A stretch of DNA of 32,000 nucleotides, from contig NZ_CP142525.1 of assembly GCF_051097895.1 (NCBI RefSeq), forward strand, positions 660,001 through 692,000, read 5' to 3'. The stretch's first letter is position 1. Each line of letters starts with the position of its first letter. A model generated the notes under the pieces. The model was not told where the DNA came from. It worked only from the letters and a program-made list of their open reading frames with translations, and did no database searches. The position numbers and the translations under genes were made by a program. This DNA comes from Psychrobacter sp. HD31. Its GTDB lineage: Bacteria; Pseudomonadota; Gammaproteobacteria; Pseudomonadales; Moraxellaceae. Below, piece after piece: positions 8,476-18,089 of this stretch.

Positions 8476-9447
8476 TTATTTTAAATGAATACTTTGTTCA
8501 ATTTTTGAAATCACTTCTGGTATTTTATCCATTGCTTTACTTACAGCTACCTCACTGGCTTCAGTTAAACCCAGTTTTTCTGCCAATGTTGGTTTTTTAT
8601 GCGCATGCAGGGCATAAACGTTTTTGTGTTCCATTAATTCTAATAAATAGCTATCCGATGTTTTAATTTCATCAACCAAACCCAATTGAATGGCATCTTC
8701 ACCATACCAATGCTCACCTGTTGCAACCTTTTTAATATCAAGGCTTGGACGATACGTATTAACAAAGTCTTTAAATAGTTGATGGGTTTGCTCAATTTCT
8801 TCCTGAAATTTTGCTTTGTCAGCATCGGTATTTTCACCCAATACAGTAACCGTGCGTTTAAAATCTCCTGCTGTAAAAAGCTCATAATCTACATCATGAT
8901 TTTTTAATAGCTTATTAAAATTTGGCATTTGTGCTACCACACCAATTGAACCAACCACCGCAAAAGGCGCAGAATAGATTTTATCGGCAACGCATGCCAT
9001 CATGTAACCACCACTGGCAGCAACTTTATCGACACAAATGGTTAAGTTGATTCCTGCCTCTTTTAAGCGAGCCAACTGTGCTGCCGCTAACCCATAAGCA
9101 TGCACAATACCGCCTGGAGATTCAAGGCGCAAAACAACTTCATCATCCTTTTTGGCAATGCTAATAAGGCTACTCACTTCTTCTCTTAATTGACGTATTG
9201 AACTGGCTTTCATATCACCATCAAAATCTAAAACAAAGGCTTTTAGTTTTTGAGTTTTATCTTTTTTTAATTTATTTTTAACTTTTTCTTTTGCTTTTTT
9301 TTCAATTAACTTTTTAAGCAATGAGAGCCCTTTTTGCTTATCATCTGCTTTCATTGATTTAAGCAAAGCTTCTCGGCGTTCTTTTTGATTTTGATTTAAA
9401 TGAATGAGTTTTAATTCACTTGTTGTTTTAGATGAATGAAATAACAT
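8476..9447 (-). CDS. sohB: Peptidase S49 family protease SohB
   Basis: Near-collinear with E. coli SohB: VLRLESPGGIVHAYGLAAAQLARLK, DKVAASGGYMMACVADKIYSAPFAVVGSIGVVAQMPNFNKLLK, ATGEHWYG. It lacks the N-terminal TM helix of the E. coli protein. ATG start with an AGGAAA RBS. Confidence 0.85.
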   Translation of the reverse strand: MLFHSSKTTSELKLIHLNQNQKERREALLKSMKADDKQKGLSLLKKLIEKKAKEKVKNKLKKDKTQKLKAFVLDFDGDMKASSIRQLREEVSSLISIAKKDDEVVLRLESPGGIVHAYGLAAAQLARLKEAGINLTICVDKVAASGGYMMACVADKIYSAPFAVVGSIGVVAQMPNFNKLLKNHDVDYELFTAGDFKRTVTVLGENTDADKAKFQEEIEQTHQLFKDFVNTYRPSLDIKKVATGEHWYGEDAIQLGLVDEIKTSDSYLLELMEHKNVYALHAHKKPTLAEKLGLTEASEVAVSKAMDKIPEVISKIEQSIHLK

Positions 9448-9687
9448 AATTTTCCTTTTTTTATAAAATTAATCAGTGTCTATAACAGACTTTATTTTGT
9501 TTTATATCTGTTCATCTCGGCTTATTTCAAGTATGGATGCCTGATAATCAAAATTATGGGGCTTAGTCACTATATTTTACATTCTTTTTATTGCTTTGAT
9601 ATTGTATCAAAAGCACATAAAAGGCATAATGGCGGTTTAAATTTTATTTTACTATTTTAACTAAAAGTTTCAATCAAGGTATAAATT

Positions 9688-11481
9688 ATGCGAAGCGAAT
9701 ATTGTGGTGCTGTCACCGAGAAATTAATTGACCAAACCATTACTATCGTTGGCTGGGTTCACCGTCGTCGTGACCACGGTGGGGTTATCTTTTTAGATAT
9801 GCGTGACCGTGAAGGTATTCTTCAAGTGGTTATTGATCCTGACACTCCAGAAGCTTTTGCTTTAGCCGATTCATCACGTTCTGAATATGTATTAAAAATT
9901 ACAGGACGTGTGCGTGCGCGTTATGAAGGGACCGAAAACGCTAATATGGTGAGTGGCAAGATTGAGCTACTCGGAAAAGAGATCGAAGTATTGGCTACTG
10001 CAGAAACCCCGCCATTCCCTTTAAATGATGAAAACCTAACCGTTTCAGAAGATATTCGTCTTAAATACCGTTACTTAGACATGCGTCGTCCAGAAATGCA
10101 AGAACGTATGGTGTTTAGAGCAAAAGCAACTTCTACCATCCGTCGTTATCTTGATGATCATGGTTTTTTAGATGTAGAAACGCCAATTTTGACTCGTGCG
10201 ACACCAGAAGGTGCTCGTGACTATTTAGTACCATCTCGTACTCGTCAAGGTAGTTTCTTTGCATTACCACAATCACCACAGCTATTTAAACAGTTATTGA
10301 TGGTGTCTGGTTTTGACCGCTATTATCAAATAGCCAAGTGTTTCCGTGATGAGGATTTACGTGCTGATCGCCAACCAGAGTTTACTCAGGTGGATATTGA
10401 AACATCATTTTTATCTGATGAAGAAATCATGAACATCACAGAGGGTTTGATTCAAGATTTATTCAAAAAAATGTTGAATGTAGAGTTTGATACCTTCCCA
10501 CGTATGACATATGCTGATGCAATGCGTGACTACGCTTCTGATAAGCCTGATTTACGAATCCCTCTTAAATTGGTAGACGTTGCAGACATACTACAAGATG
10601 TTGACTTTAAAGTATTCTCTGGTCCTGCCAAAGATCCTAAAGGCCGCGTTGCCGCTCTACGCATCCCTAATGGTAATAGCCTGACTCGTAAGCAAATCGA
10701 TGCTTATACCAAGTATGTTGGTATTTACGGTGCTAAAGGCTTGGCATACATTAAAGTAAATGATGCAACTAAAATAAACAATGGTGTTGATCAAGAGTCT
10801 GGTTTACAGTCACCTATCATTAAAAATATCAGTGATGAAGCATTGCAAGAAATTATTAACCGCACCGGTGCGACAGATGGTGATTTAATATTCTTTGGTG
10901 CTGATAAAGCCAAAGTAGTTAACGATGCTATGGGTGCGTTACGTGTTAAAGTTGGTATTGATATGGATATGCTAACTTGTGAGTGGGCACCTCTATGGGT
11001 GGTTGACTTCCCTATGTTTGAAGAAGTAAGCGAGGGTCAATGGACATCAATGCATCACCCATTCACCATGCCAAAAGGCTCTGTGGATGAGCTTAAAAAC
11101 AACCCAGAAACTGCTTTATCTGTTGCATATGACATGGTGCTAAATGGTACAGAAATTGGTGGTGGTAGCTTGCGTATTAATACAGTAGACATGCAAGAGG
11201 CCGTCTTTGAAGCACTGGGTATTAGCAAAGAAGAAGCAGATGAGAAATTTAGCTTCTTGATGGATGCGCTTAAGTTTGGTGCACCTCCTCACGGTGGTTT
11301 AGCATTTGGTCTTGACCGTTTAATCATGCTAATGGTTGGCGCGACTTCGATTCGTGATGTTATTGCCTTCCCTAAAACTAAAACTGCTGACTGCCCATTA
11401 ACGGAGGCACCTGCAGAAGTTGATAGTAAGCAATTACGTGAGCTTGCTATTAGACTGCGTGAAAAACCTAAAGCTGAGTAA
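9688..11481 (+). CDS. aspS: Aspartate--tRNA ligase
   Basis: 597 aa. MRSEYCG...[26 protein letters not shown] parallels the E. coli AspS N-terminus. Class II motifs [25 protein letters not shown] and GGGSLRI...[11 protein letters not shown]. Confidence 0.97.
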   Translation: MRSEYCGAVTEKLIDQTITIVGWVHRRRDHGGVIFLDMRDREGILQVVIDPDTPEAFALADSSRSEYVLKITGRVRARYEGTENANMVSGKIELLGKEIEVLATAETPPFPLNDENLTVSEDIRLKYRYLDMRRPEMQERMVFRAKATSTIRRYLDDHGFLDVETPILTRATPEGARDYLVPSRTRQGSFFALPQSPQLFKQLLMVSGFDRYYQIAKCFRDEDLRADRQPEFTQVDIETSFLSDEEIMNITEGLIQDLFKKMLNVEFDTFPRMTYADAMRDYASDKPDLRIPLKLVDVADILQDVDFKVFSGPAKDPKGRVAALRIPNGNSLTRKQIDAYTKYVGIYGAKGLAYIKVNDATKINNGVDQESGLQSPIIKNISDEALQEIINRTGATDGDLIFFGADKAKVVNDAMGALRVKVGIDMDMLTCEWAPLWVVDFPMFEEVSEGQWTSMHHPFTMPKGSVDELKNNPETALSVAYDMVLNGTEIGGGSLRINTVDMQEAVFEALGISKEEADEKFSFLMDALKFGAPPHGGLAFGLDRLIMLMVGATSIRDVIAFPKTKTADCPLTEAPAEVDSKQLRELAIRLREKPKAE

Positions 11482-11495
11482 TACCAGCAATTTTT

Positions 11496-11527
11496 AAAAA
11501 AGGCAGATTTCTATCTGCCTTTTTTTT
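11496..11527 (+). terminator. Rho-independent terminator of aspS
   Basis: Stem AGGCAGAT (11501-11508) / ATCTGCCT (11513-11520) with loop TTCT. Followed by a T7 run (11521-11527) and preceded by an A run. Confidence 0.8.
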
Positions 11528-11707
11528 ATAAATATCATTTTGTATTTATAAAATGCTTGTATCACCATAGGAGTTCATCAAGCTTGTGTGTAATATTTAT
11601 TATTACAAGAATATTATTTCCACATATTGATACTAATTTGTCACAAGTTTAGATAATGACTCAAACAATGCTATAATTACGTTATTTTCTATAAATTATA
11701 AAATTGT

Positions 11708-12625
11708 ATGAATTGCTACAATATTTTTAAAATTATTCCATTATACTGGTTACGTGCTTTTGCTAGCTTCGTGGCAAATATTATGATGCTTATACCAAGT
11801 CTAAGTATCCATAACAGTATCAATCGTAATTTACTCCTTGCTTTTCCCAATCTTGATTCAAGACAACGGAAACAGCTACACAAAAAAATCATCAAAAACC
11901 AAGCACTAACAAGTGTAGAATCAATTAAGTCTTGGGCTATGCACCCAAACTGGTCCATTAAAAAAATCCATACGGTACATAACCAAGATATATTAATGCG
12001 TGGGCTTAACAACCCAAATGGTATGCTGGCAATTGTTCCTCATTTAGGTACATGGGAGATGATGAATGCTTGGTTAAATCAACATGGCTCACCTACTATT
12101 ATGTACAAACCTGTCAAAGGAAAAAAATCCAATGAGTTTGTTTTAGCTGGTAGAGAACGATCAAACGCAACTTTAGTCCCTACAGACGCCAGTGGTGTAA
12201 AAGCTGTTTTTAAAACACTGAAGCAAGGTGGATTTAGCATTATATTGCCAGACCATACGCCGGATCCTTCAGGTGGTGTGGTTGTTCCGTTTTTTGGAAT
12301 TGATGTATTAAGTAGTACACTTGCTTTAAAGCTAGCTAATAAAACAAATTGTGCTTTGGTTGGTTTAGCCTGTATTCGCCGTCATGATAATAAAGGTTTT
12401 GATATTTTTTGTTATGATTTAAATGATGAGTTGTTATACAACAAAGATATGATTATCGCTACAACAGCACTTAATGATGCAATGGAGAAGATGATTGAGC
12501 CACACAACCAGCATTATATGTGGGGATACCGCCGTTTTAAAAGAATCTATGATATTAAGAATGCATATAAGCTAGATTATAATCAATTCCTTGAGTTTGT
12601 TAACTCACGAAACATTACCAAGTAA
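11708..12625 (+). CDS. Lipid A late acyltransferase, LpxL/HtrB (lysophospholipid acyltransferase) family
   Basis: 305 aa with an N-terminal hydrophobic anchor. The catalytic H-x4-E dyad of LpxL-type enzymes is present in VPHLGTWEMMNAW. Length and position beside the LOS genes are consistent. Confidence 0.7.
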   Translation: MNCYNIFKIIPLYWLRAFASFVANIMMLIPSLSIHNSINRNLLLAFPNLDSRQRKQLHKKIIKNQALTSVESIKSWAMHPNWSIKKIHTVHNQDILMRGLNNPNGMLAIVPHLGTWEMMNAWLNQHGSPTIMYKPVKGKKSNEFVLAGRERSNATLVPTDASGVKAVFKTLKQGGFSIILPDHTPDPSGGVVVPFFGIDVLSSTLALKLANKTNCALVGLACIRRHDNKGFDIFCYDLNDELLYNKDMIIATTALNDAMEKMIEPHNQHYMWGYRRFKRIYDIKNAYKLDYNQFLEFVNSRNITK

Positions 12626-12646
12626 AATTAGCATTTAGGACAACTA

Positions 12647-13432
12647 ATGAAAAATATACAAGACGGTAAAAATCATACCGAAAAGCGATATGTTATCTGT
12701 ATGAAATGGGGTACAAAATACCCAGCAGAATATGTCAATCGTTTGTATAACATGGTATCTCGCAATCTGACGTTAGACTTTCAAATGGTTTGCCTGACCG
12801 ATGATGAAACAGGTATTGTACCTGAGGTTAAATGCTATCCCATTCCCGAACTAAGTCTAACCAGTAATCTACCTGAACGTGGCTGGAAAAAGCTCACAAC
12901 TTTTAAGCCTGAATTATACGACTTAAAAGGTACGGCACTATTTTTAGATATTGATATTGTTATTACTGATAATATTGATTGTTTCTTTACGCATCAAGCC
13001 AAACATGATGACAGCGTGATGATTATCCGTGATTGGAAAAAACCTTGGAGAATGATTGGTAATAGTTCGGTATATCGATTCAGTATCGGTGAAAATAAAT
13101 ACCCTAACTTGCTTAGCAACTTTGAGCAAAACTTTGAAACCATTCGGGGCGAAGTTCGCCATGAGCAAGCTTACTTGTCCAATTATTTGCGAGAACACCA
13201 TCATTTAGAATATTGGGATGAATCATGGTGTGTCAGTTTTAAATATCACTGTATCAAGCCGTTTCCGCTTAGTTTTGTGCAAGCCCCTAGCATACCAGAT
13301 ACCCCAAATAACCCTGCAAAAATCGTCATTTTTCATGGTGAGGTGAATCCACATGATGCCATTAAAGGTGGCGGTGGAAAATGGTATCGTAAGGTCTTAC
13401 CAAGTCCTTGGATTGAAGAATATTGGAGATAA
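12647..13432 (+). CDS. Putative glycosyltransferase (GT-A-like, DxD motif), family not recognised
   Basis: 261 aa and soluble. YVICMKWGTKYPAEYVNRLYNMVSRN suggests a nucleotide-sugar-binding N-terminus. LFLDIDIVITDNID is a DxD-type motif. AGGA RBS. LOS-locus context. Confidence 0.45.
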   Translation: MKNIQDGKNHTEKRYVICMKWGTKYPAEYVNRLYNMVSRNLTLDFQMVCLTDDETGIVPEVKCYPIPELSLTSNLPERGWKKLTTFKPELYDLKGTALFLDIDIVITDNIDCFFTHQAKHDDSVMIIRDWKKPWRMIGNSSVYRFSIGENKYPNLLSNFEQNFETIRGEVRHEQAYLSNYLREHHHLEYWDESWCVSFKYHCIKPFPLSFVQAPSIPDTPNNPAKIVIFHGEVNPHDAIKGGGGKWYRKVLPSPWIEEYWR

Positions 13433-13624
13433 CTGATATGAATAGTGTATTAATGCCATAGATAACTAATATGTTCTCTACTCATTATTAAGCACATAAA
13501 ATCTCATTAGTGATTTGATTTATATAGTTGATAAATGAAAAAGCGGTAAAACAAAAACGAGTGAAGATGTATAAACAATACCTCAAGCAAGTTTAGCACC
13601 GTAAAAAATTCAGTTTGTCACTAC

Positions 13625-13652
13625 ATTACTATAAAATTATTACTATAAAATT
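13625..13652 (+). repeat. Perfect tandem 14-bp direct repeat (ATTACTATAAAATT x2) upstream of the yrbL-like gene
   Basis: Copy 1 is 13625-13638 and copy 2 is 13639-13652. Each contains a TATAAA(AT) -10-like element. The repeat ends 28 nt before the ATG at 13680. Confidence 0.7.
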
Positions 13653-13679
13653 TTAATCCAACATTTTATAAGGTATAAC

Positions 13680-14249
13680 ATGATTGACTTAACAGATGCT
13701 GAATGTATTGGCTCTGGCAGTGAGCGTGCTGTTTATATACACCCAAACGACCCAGATAAATTGATTAAAATCATTCATCAAGGTAGAAAGAATTTACAAA
13801 CCAAACGTGAAACGAAGGCTTATAAGCGACTAACAAAAAGATTGCCCGATACAAACGATGCTTGGAAACATCTACCGAAATATTATGGTGAATGTTCAAC
13901 TAATATCGGAGAAGGACAAGTAGTAGAAGCGATTAGAGATTATGATGGTAGTATTTCTCAAACCTTACAAGTCTATCTCGAAAAGAACTCAGTAGCTTCT
14001 TATCGAAACGAACTTAATGTACTTAAGCAGTACTTGTTAGATAACATTGTTATTATTAATCATGATATATCGTCTTTGCTTAATATAGTAGTAAAAAAAA
14101 CAAATGAAAAAGAGAATATTTTGGTTTTGGTTGATGCTTTAGGAGATCATACAGCCATTAAAATATTAAATATAATTCCTTCTTTAGCAAGACAAAAAAT
14201 CAATCGTAGATGGGCTAAGCTTGAAAATAGCTTAAAAGAATTTGATTAG
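13680..14249 (+). CDS. YrbL-family (PhoP regulatory network protein) kinase-fold protein
   Basis: Collinear with E. coli YrbL as I recall it. IGSGSERAVYIHPNDPDKLIKI matches LGTGRHRKCYAHPEDAQRCIKI. LPKYYGECSTNIGEGQVVEAIRDYDGSISQTL matches IPRYHGTVETDCGTGYVYDVIADFDGKPSITL. LKQYLLDNIVI matches LKRYLQDNRIV. Confidence 0.8.
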   Translation: MIDLTDAECIGSGSERAVYIHPNDPDKLIKIIHQGRKNLQTKRETKAYKRLTKRLPDTNDAWKHLPKYYGECSTNIGEGQVVEAIRDYDGSISQTLQVYLEKNSVASYRNELNVLKQYLLDNIVIINHDISSLLNIVVKKTNEKENILVLVDALGDHTAIKILNIIPSLARQKINRRWAKLENSLKEFD

Positions 14250-14270
14250 CTTCAGTAAATAAGGATTTAT

Positions 14271-15110
14271 ATGAGTAGCTTATTAAACTATCACAGATTA
14301 GTTCCTAGTTCTGACCTACAAAAAGTCATTAAAGATACGAATCAAACCGTACATATCCTTGCGTCTGGCAGTTCAATTACTCAGGTAAATATGATAAAGA
14401 TATGTCAGCAACCTAGCATATTTGTCAATGGTAGTATCCAATTGTTTGCTGATTATCAATTTAATCAACCTGTTGCATATGTAATCAGTGACCATCGATT
14501 TATCGAACACAACGTTAGTTTGATGATGCAATATTACAATGGTCAATGTCCACTATTTATCACACAATCTGTACTTGAAAATTTACAAAAATTTGCATCT
14601 GATTATTTAACTGCCATTTCTGATAACATTCATTTAATTCACAATTTCCAAAAACCTATTAATAGAAACAAAACAAATTTCTTTGAAAAAATAAGAAAAA
14701 AACTCAGTCATCCTAACGTAAATAACCAATTTATTAAGCTAAAACAACCCAATAGTTCAAAAAAACTAATTGGTGTCAGTACAGATATTCGTCATGGATT
14801 TGTAGAGGCAGGAACAGTAGTATTTGTTGCAACCCAGTTGGCATATACAATGGGATTTAAATCCATTTACATCCATGGCATGGATTTGCTCAACACCCAT
14901 CAACCAAGATTTTATGAAAATCAAAAAGAGCAAGCGCCTTGTAAATTAGATAAAGCAGTGACAAACCGCATTGTACCTAGTTTTGATTTTTTGGCAGAAG
15001 TCTATCAACAACAAGATGTTAAGGTTTATAATGGTTCACCTATTTCAAAAGGGATTTTTGATAACTTAGTTTTTTCTGATATATTTTTAATAGATAAAGA
15101 TATTGTTTAG
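14271..15110 (+). CDS. WaaZ-like (GT73 / DUF115-type) LOS core glycosyltransferase, possibly a Kdo transferase
   Basis: Resembles E. coli WaaZ from memory. ILASGSSI...IFVNGSIQ...YVISDHRF matches FLSGPTS...IAVNGSAQ...YVLTDVRF. VVFVATQLAYTMGFKSIYIHGMDLLNTHQPRFYENQKEQAPCKL matches IAFAAIQIAYSLKY..ICSGLDLTGSCSRFYDENKNPMPSEL. Confidence 0.55.
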   Translation: MSSLLNYHRLVPSSDLQKVIKDTNQTVHILASGSSITQVNMIKICQQPSIFVNGSIQLFADYQFNQPVAYVISDHRFIEHNVSLMMQYYNGQCPLFITQSVLENLQKFASDYLTAISDNIHLIHNFQKPINRNKTNFFEKIRKKLSHPNVNNQFIKLKQPNSSKKLIGVSTDIRHGFVEAGTVVFVATQLAYTMGFKSIYIHGMDLLNTHQPRFYENQKEQAPCKLDKAVTNRIVPSFDFLAEVYQQQDVKVYNGSPISKGIFDNLVFSDIFLIDKDIV

Positions 15111-15218
15111 CCGGCTTATAAAAAAGATAATAAACCAATATTTATTGATTAACCATATCTTAATGTTAAGCACAAAACCCCTTTACCTTTTAACAGCTAA
15201 ACTCAAATAAGGAAAGTC

Positions 15219-16022
15219 ATGAGCCATAACTTTGTCATTAGCTTAAAAAAAGCACAATCCAGACGACAACATATAAACGACGTATTTACTAAAGCTAATG
15301 TGAGTTTTGATTTTTTTGATGCAATAGAACCCTCTTTTGGTTTTTTAGATAAATTTGATTTATCGTTAGATTCAAAACAAAAAGTTCTTGAAGAAGGTGA
15401 AATTGCCTGTTTACTCAGCCATTTTAGCTTATGGCAACGTGCCATTGATGAAGGGTTTGACTTTATAACCATCTTTGAAGACGATATATACTTAGGTGAA
15501 AATGCAAACTCTTTTTTATCAAGCTATGACTGGATTCCAGATGAGTGTCATTTAATTAAATTAGAAGCTTTTAAACCATATCGCCCAATGTTACAAAATA
15601 AAATCCCGCTTGCTTATAACCGCAAGCTTGGCATTTTATTAGAAAGGCATTTGGGAGGTGCTGGATATATTATATCTAAAAAGCTGGCACAAGATTTAAT
15701 TAACTACACGAAACATCAACAAGCCCTGCCAGCTTTAGATTATCTTCTATTTGACCCATTTTTTATCAATGAAGTGAGTGTTTTCAATAAGGTAAAAGCA
15801 CCTTATCATATTCATCAATTACAGCCAGCACTTTGTGTTCAGGATATGAAGCTTTCTTTATTCACTAACGATAGAAAGCCTTCTTTTTCTAGTCAGATAC
15901 ATCGAGAAACTTTTTCCATCAATAAAAAACTCTATTCAGAAAATAAGTCTCTTAAATCTAAGCTTAAACAAGAATTACATAAAGCTTTGTATCGTAAAAA
16001 AGATAGCATAGACTGGGTTTGA
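15219..16022 (+). CDS. Glycosyltransferase family 25 (LOS biosynthesis, LgtB/Lic2B-like)
   Basis: Classic GT25 N-terminus FVISLKKAQSRRQHI...FFDAI...GEIACLLSHFSLWQRAID...ITIFEDDI. AAGGAAAG RBS. Confidence 0.85.
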   Translation: MSHNFVISLKKAQSRRQHINDVFTKANVSFDFFDAIEPSFGFLDKFDLSLDSKQKVLEEGEIACLLSHFSLWQRAIDEGFDFITIFEDDIYLGENANSFLSSYDWIPDECHLIKLEAFKPYRPMLQNKIPLAYNRKLGILLERHLGGAGYIISKKLAQDLINYTKHQQALPALDYLLFDPFFINEVSVFNKVKAPYHIHQLQPALCVQDMKLSLFTNDRKPSFSSQIHRETFSINKKLYSENKSLKSKLKQELHKALYRKKDSIDWV

Positions 16023-16068
16023 AATTTTGATGGTTATCATAACTCACGTCTAAATTGAGTACATGTCT

Positions 16069-16917
16069 CTAATATTTTATAAGTGACATATGCCAAAAAC
16101 TGCCCATAATCTCATTTAAGTCATTGTTGATGTCTTCATCAACGCCAGCGGCTGGCGTCAGAGTAATTTCACCAAAATAAATATTATTTTCTAAAATGTA
16201 CCAGTCTACTCTCGCATACTCCAATACACCCAGAAGCTGCTTGCTTAGCTCAACTGCTTCAAGCACTTTTTTTTGCTCATGCGTTGAAAGTTGGTAATCA
16301 CCAATTGAGCTGGTGGTCACATTATTAACAAAATAGCTTGATTGAACTTGACTGCTGCCCCTACCACTAACCGTTTCTAATGTATAATTAAATCCACCTT
16401 CTATGTCTCGAAATAAATGAATCTTATAGTCAACAGGAAGCATATTTCTACTACCAACAAATTGCTCCACTAAAAACTTACGGGGGATGTTTGCATAATG
16501 TCTTTCACCATGCCTTTTTGCAAAATCTCTTCTTGTCCATTTTTTAAATTTTTTCTTTGCTTCTTGGTAATCAGATTTTACTAACTTTTGAGGGACAACA
16601 TAAACCATCCCTGAACCATGGTTTGGCTTAATTACAGTTCCTTTATATTGCTCTAAATTATCCAAAACCGTTTGATAATTATCAAAACAATCTATTAATG
16701 GAATTAAATATTCATCACCAATTTTTTCTTTTACATATTCTCGAACGGTATATTTATCGGCCAATTCTTGAAAAAATGGGGTGTCAGTTTTATATTTTAT
16801 GCGGTTAATCAGCTTTTCACAAAATGTATTGGGGCTATCAATATCTGGGAGCGTGCCAAAATGTTCTTTATAACTCTGAATGGCTTTTCTTTCATATTTT
16901 GGTTTTAAAAATAGCAT
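16069..16917 (-). CDS. ATP-grasp fold amidoligase family protein (TupA-like)
   Basis: 282 aa. LADKYTVREYVKEKIGDEYLIPLI, VIKPNHGSGMVYVV, VDYKIHLF and ARVDWYILENNIYFGEITLTPAAG follow the TupA-like ATP-grasp pattern seen in polysaccharide loci. Confidence 0.75.
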   Translation of the reverse strand: MLFLKPKYERKAIQSYKEHFGTLPDIDSPNTFCEKLINRIKYKTDTPFFQELADKYTVREYVKEKIGDEYLIPLIDCFDNYQTVLDNLEQYKGTVIKPNHGSGMVYVVPQKLVKSDYQEAKKKFKKWTRRDFAKRHGERHYANIPRKFLVEQFVGSRNMLPVDYKIHLFRDIEGGFNYTLETVSGRGSSQVQSSYFVNNVTTSSIGDYQLSTHEQKKVLEAVELSKQLLGVLEYARVDWYILENNIYFGEITLTPAAGVDEDINNDLNEIMGSFWHMSLIKY

Positions 16918-16952
16918 ATGCGTGTATCATTCCTAGAATCAGCATTAATAGA

Positions 16953-18089
16953 TTAAATATGTTTATTTTCTTTAATATCGTTAATCAGCTCAATGTATTG
17001 TTTGGCAATATTTTTTGGCAAGAACTGCTCATCAAAGTCAACATGAAATCTTTCTGGATTTATTGTACATTCAGCCATTTTTCTTGCTAATACCTCAACA
17101 TTCTCACTCTCAACCAAGTTAGTGTCAGGTAAAATTTCTCTGGGTCCTGATGGGCAATCTGTACTAATAACGGGCGTATTAACTGCAATGGATTCGACAA
17201 TTACTCTGCCAAATCCTTCAAAACGTGAGGATAATACCATAAATCGAGCATGCTTAATGAATGGATAAGGGTTTTTGTTAAATCCTGCAAAAATTACTTT
17301 TTTGTCAATATCTAGGTCAATTGCTAACTGTTTCATTTCTTCCATTAGTTTGCCTTGACCGACCAACACCAAAGGAATGACTTCAAGAGGTTTACTATCA
17401 ATGTATTGACGATACGCCTTTAATAATAAATCATGCGCTTTTTGTGTTTTAAAACTACCAACATGAACCATATAATTACTATCGCTAATGCCGAGCTCTT
17501 TAAAATCAATGTCTTGATTTGCCATTTGCATGATATTTGTAATATCAAAGGGATTATAAATGGTGTGAGTCTCTATCTCCTTACCCAAAACAGCATTCAT
17601 ATCTTCTTTAACACCTTTTGAAATACAAACACAAGGGTGAGATTGATACACTTTTACTAAGTCTTTAATAGTTGCCAGACGATTTGACTGCGTTTTTAAT
17701 TGGTATTCTTGAGTGATTGTATTACGAATCACGTGAAGAAGATTTGGTAATTTGCTAAAGCTCATCACTCGGTCAGGGCGTTCAAGATTAGACAATACAA
17801 TATCAGGAGTGCCTTTACCTTGCATAATCTTTTGTAAAATATAGTCATCAATTTTTTTAGCAAATAATGAATATTTTAAATCAGTTGGTATGAGCTTGTA
17901 TGGTTTAAATTTGACAAGATGATACTGTAAATTAGGATTTAAGTCATACTCTACTAAAGGCTTAAATCGCAATACATGAACATCATAGCCTAACTCAAAA
18001 AAACCTTGACCCAAGGTTAAAACAGAACGCTCAGCGCCACCACCCTGTAAACAGTTGATAATAAGTACGGCGTTTTTTTTCTTTTTCAT
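16953..18089 (-). CDS. Glycosyltransferase family 4 (GT-B, GT1/GT4 clan)
   Basis: MKKKKNAVLIINCLQGGGAERSVL at the N-terminus and the EX7E region SSRFEGFGRVIVESIAVNTPVISTDCPSGPREIL. I place the start at ATG 18089. The longer track ORF begins at a TTG at 18137. Confidence 0.85.
   Translation of the reverse strand: MKKKKNAVLIINCLQGGGAERSVLTLGQGFFELGYDVHVLRFKPLVEYDLNPNLQYHLVKFKPYKLIPTDLKYSLFAKKIDDYILQKIMQGKGTPDIVLSNLERPDRVMSFSKLPNLLHVIRNTITQEYQLKTQSNRLATIKDLVKVYQSHPCVCISKGVKEDMNAVLGKEIETHTIYNPFDITNIMQMANQDIDFKELGISDSNYMVHVGSFKTQKAHDLLLKAYRQYIDSKPLEVIPLVLVGQGKLMEEMKQLAIDLDIDKKVIFAGFNKNPYPFIKHARFMVLSSRFEGFGRVIVESIAVNTPVISTDCPSGPREILPDTNLVESENVEVLARKMAECTINPERFHVDFDEQFLPKNIAKQYIELINDIKENKHI

Noticed and set aside
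8476-9447. SohB is about 25-30 aa shorter than E. coli SohB and lacks its N-terminal TM helix, so it could be a 5'-truncated pseudogene.
   Set aside because: The ATG has a good AGGAAA RBS. The upstream 240 bp shows no hydrophobic coding remnant in any frame, and the rest of the protein is intact and collinear. It is more likely a genuine short variant.
11589-11607. Inverted repeat TGTAATA-TTTAT-TATTACA upstream of the LpxL-family gene. Similar 5-7 bp AT-only palindromes occur at 9596-9610 and in the 15111-15218 gap.
   Set aside because: These are AT-only short palindromes in AT-rich intergenic DNA, which is within chance expectation. None matches a known operator consensus I recognise.
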